Assembly (NCBI GenBank): GCA_963727625.1
Contig: CAVSHR010000004.1
Span: 768,001-832,000 of the forward strand
Length of the DNA stretch: 64,000 nt
Direction: 5' to 3'
Source of the DNA: an uncultured delta proteobacterium
GTDB lineage: Bacteria; Desulfobacterota; Binatia; UBA9968
The notes beneath the pieces are model-generated. The model worked only from the letters and a program-made list of their open reading frames with translations, ran no database searches and was not told where the DNA came from. Positions 58,527-64,000 of this stretch are shown piece after piece; within the stretch, counting starts at the first letter, position 1; every line of letters starts with the position of its first letter. The position numbers were made by a program, and so were the translations under genes.

Positions 58527-59507
58527 ATGTACAATGGACAAACCGTCGTCGATGTTCACGGCCACATGACCACGCCTGCGGTGTTTCGCCAGTTCCTGGC
58601 TGAAACCGTTTCGCAGAACACCCCCGGGCGCAAGCTCGATCTTTCCGACGAGCAGCTCGAAGCCGCGCAGCAGCGCCATTTGAAATTCATGAACGATCGG
58701 AATATCGATGTCCAGCTCATCGGCCCCCGTCCTATCGCCATGTGGCACTGGATGCGTCCGTTCCTGCAAGAGTACTGGGCTTACATGACCAATAATGTGA
58801 TCGCACGCATCGTCAAGCTCCACCCCGAGCGTTTTCGCGGCATGGCGCAGTTACCCCAGTCCAAAGAGAAGGACACGCGCAATTGCCTGCCGGAGTTCGA
58901 GCGTTGCATCAAAGAGCTCGGCTTCGTCGGCGCCTATCTGAACCCGGACCCGGCCGGCGACAAACAGACGCCGGGAGTGCATGAGGAGTACTGGCACCCG
59001 CTCTACGACAAGGCGGTGCAATTGGATGTCCCGCTGATGGTGCATCCCTCGATCACCTACGATCGGAGACTGGAAATCATCCCCGCCAACTACCAGATGA
59101 ACAATTATCTGGAGGAATTCGTCGCCATGCAGCTTTACTCGCATAGCAAGATTTTTCAGACCTTCCCCAAACTTAAGATCGTCATCTGCCACTGCGGCGG
59201 CGGCTTGAATCGCTTTATCCCGACCGACCACCATGTTGGCCAGGGTGATTTCAGCCAAAATCTTTTTTACGACTCCTGTGTATACGACCGCAATTATCTC
59301 GAAGCCGGGATCAAACAGCGCGGCGTCGATCAGATTCTTTTCGGCACCGAATCACCCGGCTCCGGCGGCGCCGTTCGTCCGGACACCGGCAAGCCCTCCG
59401 ACGATATGATTCCGGTGATCGACGACCTGGGGTTTCTGAGCCCGGAAGACAAACTCAAAATCTTCCAGAAGAATCCGTTAAAGGTGTTCACGAAGGTGAA
59501 AATTTAG
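58527..59507 (+). CDS. Amidohydrolase, LigJ (4-oxalomesaconate hydratase)-like
   Basis: DVHGH, ELGFVG..LNPDP, LMVH, CHCGG, LFGTE. Confidence 0.8.
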   Translation: MYNGQTVVDVHGHMTTPAVFRQFLAETVSQNTPGRKLDLSDEQLEAAQQRHLKFMNDRNIDVQLIGPRPIAMWHWMRPFLQEYWAYMTNNVIARIVKLHPERFRGMAQLPQSKEKDTRNCLPEFERCIKELGFVGAYLNPDPAGDKQTPGVHEEYWHPLYDKAVQLDVPLMVHPSITYDRRLEIIPANYQMNNYLEEFVAMQLYSHSKIFQTFPKLKIVICHCGGGLNRFIPTDHHVGQGDFSQNLFYDSCVYDRNYLEAGIKQRGVDQILFGTESPGSGGAVRPDTGKPSDDMIPVIDDLGFLSPEDKLKIFQKNPLKVFTKVKI

Positions 59508-59560
59508 TGTGCAGGCTCGCAGTTCCTTGAACATCAACTTCGTTCCGGACTTCGCCCGAC

Positions 59561-59673
59561 TGTCAATTTGCGGTGAAGCCGAATAATCTGATCTTTCGGC
59601 TTCATAATCCGTGCAATGAACCGGCCATTTTAAGCTCTGAAAAGCAGATCCTTCGCTTTCAGCTCAGGATGAC
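59561..59673. repeat. Palindromic miniature element (GTC...GGATGAC family)
   Basis: Right arm aaagcagatccttcgctttcagctcaggatgac resembles the right arm of the 13653 copy. Confidence 0.6.
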
Positions 59674-59712
59674 GGATAATCAAGTTCAAACAACGCGCAA
59701 TTGGAGAACTCA

Positions 59713-61941
59713 ATGGCTTACAAAAATCTAAACAGAGCGATTCCCCGAATCGAAGGCGCCGATAAAGTCGCAGGCAAGATGCGTTATGCCGCGGATATAT
59801 CATTCCCCGCCGCGCTGTCGGCGAGGATTCTGCGCACTTCGCTGCCCCATGCGCGCATTCTGGCCATCGACACAAGCAAGGCGGTGAAGTTGCCGGGGGT
59901 GCGCGGGATCATCACCGGCGCCGATGTCGCCGGCGTGATGGTCGGCTTGAGAATGAAAGACATGCCACTGTTGGCTCAGGATGTGGTTCGCTACGTCGGC
60001 GAGCCGGTCGCTGCCGTGGCGGCGGATAACGACGAGATCGCCGAAGAGGCGTTGAATCTGATCGACGTTCAATATCAAGATCTGCCGTTTGTCACCGATC
60101 CCCTCGAGGCGATCCGTCCGGGCGCGCCAGTGCTGCACCAGAACCCTGCCGGTTACAAAAACGCGCCGGAACGAGATACGGAACTCCCCAACGTGCAATC
60201 TTACGGCAAATGGTCCAACGGCGATCTTGGCGCCGGCTTCCAAAAAGCCGCGCGGATTTTCGAGCATACTTTTCGCACCCCGCTGGGTTTTCACGGCTAC
60301 ATCGAACCCCAAGCCTGCACGGTGCAGCTCAACGACGACGGCCGCGTCGAGATCTGGGCCTCGAACAAAGCTCCGTTCACGCTGCGCAGCCGCTTCGCGC
60401 GCGATCTCGGTCTCGACGAGGCTAAAGTCAAAGTTCATATCCTTCCGGTCGGAGGGGACTTCGGTGGCAAGACTTCTGTAGTCGAAGCGCCGGTTTGTTA
60501 TTTTCTCGCCAAGAAGACCGGCAAGCCGGTGCGTATGGTGCTTGAGTACACCGAAGAACTGACCGCTATTTCCCATCGCCATCCCGCCGTGATCACGCTG
60601 CGCACGGGCGTCGACCGCGACGGCAAACTGACCGCCATGCAAGTCAGGGCGGTTTTCAGCGGCGGCGGCTACGCCGCGCTCAAGGCCAACGCCGAGGTCA
60701 CGGTTCAGGGACCGCGCCGCGCCGCGAGTTATTACCGCATCCCGGCAATCCAGGTCGAAACCCTTTGTGTTTATACCAATCAGGTTCCCTGCACCCAGAC
60801 GCGCACGCCGGGCAGTCCGCAGACGACCTTCGCGGTGGAATCGCACATCGACATCATCGCCCGCGAGCTGAGTATGGACCCCGTCGAGTTCCGCATGAAG
60901 AATTTGCTCAACGACGGCGACCCGACACCCTTCGGACAAAAATTAAAAGGCATCGTCGTCAAGGAAACTCTCAAGAAAGCGCTCGACACCGCCGGATGGA
61001 AAAAACCCAAGGCGAAAAATATCGGTCGCGGCGTGGCGGTTTACGAACGGCCTTCAGGCGCGGGCAAATCCGGCGCTGCGATTACGATTGAAAACAATGG
61101 CGGCGTCAGCGTGAATTTAGGCGTGCCCGACGTCGGCCCCGGCATTCACACCGTGGTGCAGCAGATCGTCAGCGAAGTGCTCGAGCTGCCCCGGGAACGG
61201 GTCAAGATCGTCGTCGGTGACACCGACAGCTCCCCGTACGATTCCGGAACCGGCGGCAGCAAATCGACCAACAGCGTCGGCACCGCCGCATACCAGGCGG
61301 TCAACGAAGTTAAAGAAAAACTCCTTGCCCTCGCCGCGGAGCGCCTCGGCTGCAAGCCTGAAGAAATACAAGCGGCGAATGGCCGTTACACCTCTCCCGG
61401 GCGCAAGGCGATGCCGTTCAGCGATGTGATCGCTGTCGCGCTCGAACAAAACGGCGCGTCAATCACACACCTGAGCGTCTACGAGCCATCGCGCGCGCCG
61501 ATCACGTCTTTTGCCGCGCAGGTCGCCGAAGTCGAGGTCGACCCCGGCACCGGCCAAGTCAAGGTAAAAAAACTGACCACGGTGCACGATTCCGGCACCG
61601 TTTTGAATCATCTGAGCTACACCGGGCAGATCGACGGCGGCGTGATCACCGGCATGGGCTTCGCTCTGATGGAAGACAACTCCCTGGTCGATGGCAAAAT
61701 GCTGACCGCCAACCTCGGTGAATTTAAAATGGCCACGATTGCCGACGTGCCGAAGCTCACAACTGTGCTCATGGAAGGCGCCAACGGGCCGATCCCCTAC
61801 CAGGGCAAAGCCATCGCGGAGATCCCGAACGTACCCACCGCGGCAGCGATAGCGAATGCCGTCCAAGACGCTGTCGGCGTGCGCTTATTCGACCTGCCGC
61901 TCACATCGGAAAAGATTTACGCTGCGATCCATAACAAATAG
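59713..61941 (+). CDS. Xanthine dehydrogenase-family molybdopterin-binding subunit
   Basis: VRYVGEPVAAVAA, VGGDFGGK, GQIDGG, K.IAE.P...AAAIANAV.DA. Confidence 0.92.
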   Translation: MAYKNLNRAIPRIEGADKVAGKMRYAADISFPAALSARILRTSLPHARILAIDTSKAVKLPGVRGIITGADVAGVMVGLRMKDMPLLAQDVVRYVGEPVAAVAADNDEIAEEALNLIDVQYQDLPFVTDPLEAIRPGAPVLHQNPAGYKNAPERDTELPNVQSYGKWSNGDLGAGFQKAARIFEHTFRTPLGFHGYIEPQACTVQLNDDGRVEIWASNKAPFTLRSRFARDLGLDEAKVKVHILPVGGDFGGKTSVVEAPVCYFLAKKTGKPVRMVLEYTEELTAISHRHPAVITLRTGVDRDGKLTAMQVRAVFSGGGYAALKANAEVTVQGPRRAASYYRIPAIQVETLCVYTNQVPCTQTRTPGSPQTTFAVESHIDIIARELSMDPVEFRMKNLLNDGDPTPFGQKLKGIVVKETLKKALDTAGWKKPKAKNIGRGVAVYERPSGAGKSGAAITIENNGGVSVNLGVPDVGPGIHTVVQQIVSEVLELPRERVKIVVGDTDSSPYDSGTGGSKSTNSVGTAAYQAVNEVKEKLLALAAERLGCKPEEIQAANGRYTSPGRKAMPFSDVIAVALEQNGASITHLSVYEPSRAPITSFAAQVAEVEVDPGTGQVKVKKLTTVHDSGTVLNHLSYTGQIDGGVITGMGFALMEDNSLVDGKMLTANLGEFKMATIADVPKLTTVLMEGANGPIPYQGKAIAEIPNVPTAAAIANAVQDAVGVRLFDLPLTSEKIYAAIHNK

Positions 61942-62364
61942 ATACCCTACGGTGCGGCCGATTTGTTTCGAGGTAGAGGGTAGGTTTGAAACCTGCCCCG
62001 CGCCTACTTTATTCTCTGTCTAGTACTAGAAAGAATGGTTGAAATCCCCCGCCTCAGACAAAGTGAAGGTTCTCCATGCCGGCCAACGCCGGCATGGAGG
62101 TTCGTTTTCGATTAGTTCAAGAAACCCTTGGATTCGAGCTGCCACCGGAAGGACGGGACAAGAGTTGGATCCCGGTCGACCCGTTCCGAACGGCGCGGCC
62201 TGGAGACGATGGTTGGTTAAAGCGAAAACATCAGCTTGCGCAGTCCCGTCACAGGAACTCTTAACCTAATCCTTCCATTTGCTCGCAGCGCTCTGTCACG
62301 CGTCGATATTCCTTTTAAAACAGTTTATTTTGAAGTGAAATTTGCCGACAGGAAACAAATACCC

Positions 62365-63402
62365 GTGAAAGCAATTCGTATTCACCGGCATGGCGGCGTC
62401 GATCAATTGCGCTACGAAGACGCCGATGCCCCTAAGCTGGATTCTCCCGAGGACGTGATTATTAAGCTCGAATCCGCCGCCCTGAACCATATCGATATCT
62501 GGGTGCGCAAGGGCTCGACCGGGATGGAAATCCCGATGCCGCACATTCTTGGCGCTGACGGTGCCGGCGTCGTTGTTGAGGTCGGCAGCAACGTGAAAAG
62601 CGTTAAACCCGGCGACAACGTCTGCCTTTATTCTTTCACCGGGTGCGGTAAATGCGAATTTTGCCTTTCGGATCGCGATTTCATGTGCATCCGGGTGAGA
62701 GCGCTGGGTGAACGCTTGGACGGCACCTACGCGGAATACGTAAAAGCAGCTCCGAAAAACTGCTTTCGGATGCCTTCCTATATGACGTTCGACGAAGCCG
62801 CGGCGTTCCCTCTCGTATTTGTGACTGTGTGGCGCATGCTGGTTGCCAATGCCCGATTAAAACCGGGCGAAAGCCTGCTCATCATCGGCATCGGCGGCGG
62901 CGTGGCCAGCGCCGCGCTCCAAGTGGCGAAACGGATTGGCGCGCGCGTTATCGTGACTTCAGGCAGTGACGAAAAAATCGAGCGCGCAAAGCTCTTAGGC
63001 GCCGATCACGGCATCAATCATCATCGGAGGAACTTCGCCGAGGAAGTTCGTCTTGTGACCGACGATCGCGGCGTGGATGTCGTTCTCGACAGTGTCGCAG
63101 GCGAAGTATGGCAGAAGAGCTTAACTTCTCTTGCTCACGGCGGCCGGCTGGTCACCTGCGGGGCTACCGCGGGCGGCGAACCCGACGACGATTTGAACGC
63201 GATTATTTCGAAAGAGCTAAAAATTTACGGCTCGACCCTCGGCAGCCGGGAAGACTTTCGCCAGCTTCTGAACTTTCTAGAAGTCGCGCGAATTCATCCG
63301 ATCATCGACAGCAAATTCCCTTTGAAGGAGGCGGCATCGGCCCAGCGGCGCATGGAAGAAGGGCGGCAGTTCGGGAAGATTCTGTTGCAGAGTTCCCCGT
63401 GA
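62365..63402 (+). CDS. Zinc-binding (MDR) dehydrogenase
   Basis: GTG start MKAIRIH; PHILGADGAG, CGKCEFC..C, GIGGGVA, FGKILL. Confidence 0.9.
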   Translation: MKAIRIHRHGGVDQLRYEDADAPKLDSPEDVIIKLESAALNHIDIWVRKGSTGMEIPMPHILGADGAGVVVEVGSNVKSVKPGDNVCLYSFTGCGKCEFCLSDRDFMCIRVRALGERLDGTYAEYVKAAPKNCFRMPSYMTFDEAAAFPLVFVTVWRMLVANARLKPGESLLIIGIGGGVASAALQVAKRIGARVIVTSGSDEKIERAKLLGADHGINHHRRNFAEEVRLVTDDRGVDVVLDSVAGEVWQKSLTSLAHGGRLVTCGATAGGEPDDDLNAIISKELKIYGSTLGSREDFRQLLNFLEVARIHPIIDSKFPLKEAASAQRRMEEGRQFGKILLQSSP

Positions 63403-63692
63403 CGCGCTGGCAACCACGAGTAAGGAAATGGACCAGCGATGAGTACGAATCGTTCTAATCACCAGGGGTGGTTTTTCGCTTTGGGATTATTCCCGGCGAT
63501 CAGACACAGAGAGTTTTCGACTCCCTTGAACTAAGCTTGGAAATTTTCTTGATGTAGCGCTAGGTAAAAAGACCATAGGTGTTCGACGACATGCTACGAT
63601 CGCTGATGCCCGGCGCTGGATCGCGCGGGAGCTTCTCGATAGGGCTCAAAACTGCTTGAACTCCAGGCAGTCAACCCCTTAGAAACATTGCA

Positions 63693-64000
63693 TTATGGTT
63701 GCGGATCGCGCAGAAAACCGCGGCGCATGAGTTGCTCGGCGCAGTTTTCCAAATGTCTGATCTGATCGCTGGTGGCAATGCGCAGCACTAGAGTACGCGC
63801 GCCGGCATCAGCGTAGGCCTGGATCTGATCTATCACATGCTCCCAACTGCCCATCACGCAGATCATCGCCTTGGCCACCGCTTCGTAGGGCCGGTTGTAA
63901 TATTGCGACAAAAAGATCCGGCCTTCGCGGATGGCGCTGTCATCGCCGGCTGCAAGGGTGAAATAGAGTCCGGGCTCGATCGCTTGAGGATCACGCCCGG
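63693..64000 (-). CDS. LLM-class flavin-dependent oxidoreductase, C-terminal part (cut by window edge)
   Basis: GRDPQAI ... GSWEHVIDQIQAYADAGA. Confidence 0.7.
   Translation of the reverse strand, partial: GRDPQAIEPGLYFTLAAGDDSAIREGRIFLSQYYNRPYEAVAKAMICVMGSWEHVIDQIQAYADAGARTLVLRIATSDQIRHLENCAEQLMRRGFLRDPQP

Noticed and set aside
59800-60939. Long antisense ORFs (also 5355-6572, 15785-16894, 35962-37005)
   Set aside because: Shadow frames of well-supported genes in GC-rich DNA, with no recognisable motifs

Overview
GC-rich bacterial chromosome segment. Its gene content (many NMT1/SsuA-type binding proteins, VOC proteins, M20, LigJ- and OphB-like enzymes, a TTT transporter) resembles Binatota/'Deltaproteobacteria' soil genomes; this is inference only. 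It is mostly metabolic and transport genes, with two accessory regions. (1) About 17.1-24.45 kb is a decaying integron cassette array. It has six well-formed attC sites, several degenerate ones, a RelE-Phd toxin-antitoxin pair and about 10 short co-oriented genes. There is no intact integrase, but two 3'-end fragments of an integron integrase are hidden in it, both co-oriented with the cassettes. (2) About 38.3-47.0 kb is a block bounded by ~170-bp direct repeats. It holds an IS701 remnant and a candidate trans-envelope signalling module: a CHASE2 class III cyclase with a non-adenylyl specificity signature, a FecR-TPR-beta-barrel outer-membrane protein, and a convergent 95-aa protein ending in a Cys-GG-Cys hairpin. 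Several families of short repeat hairpins are scattered between genes, and one has entered a coding frame. I saw no rRNA, tRNA or CRISPR array. All product calls come from motif recognition by eye; no database searches were run.
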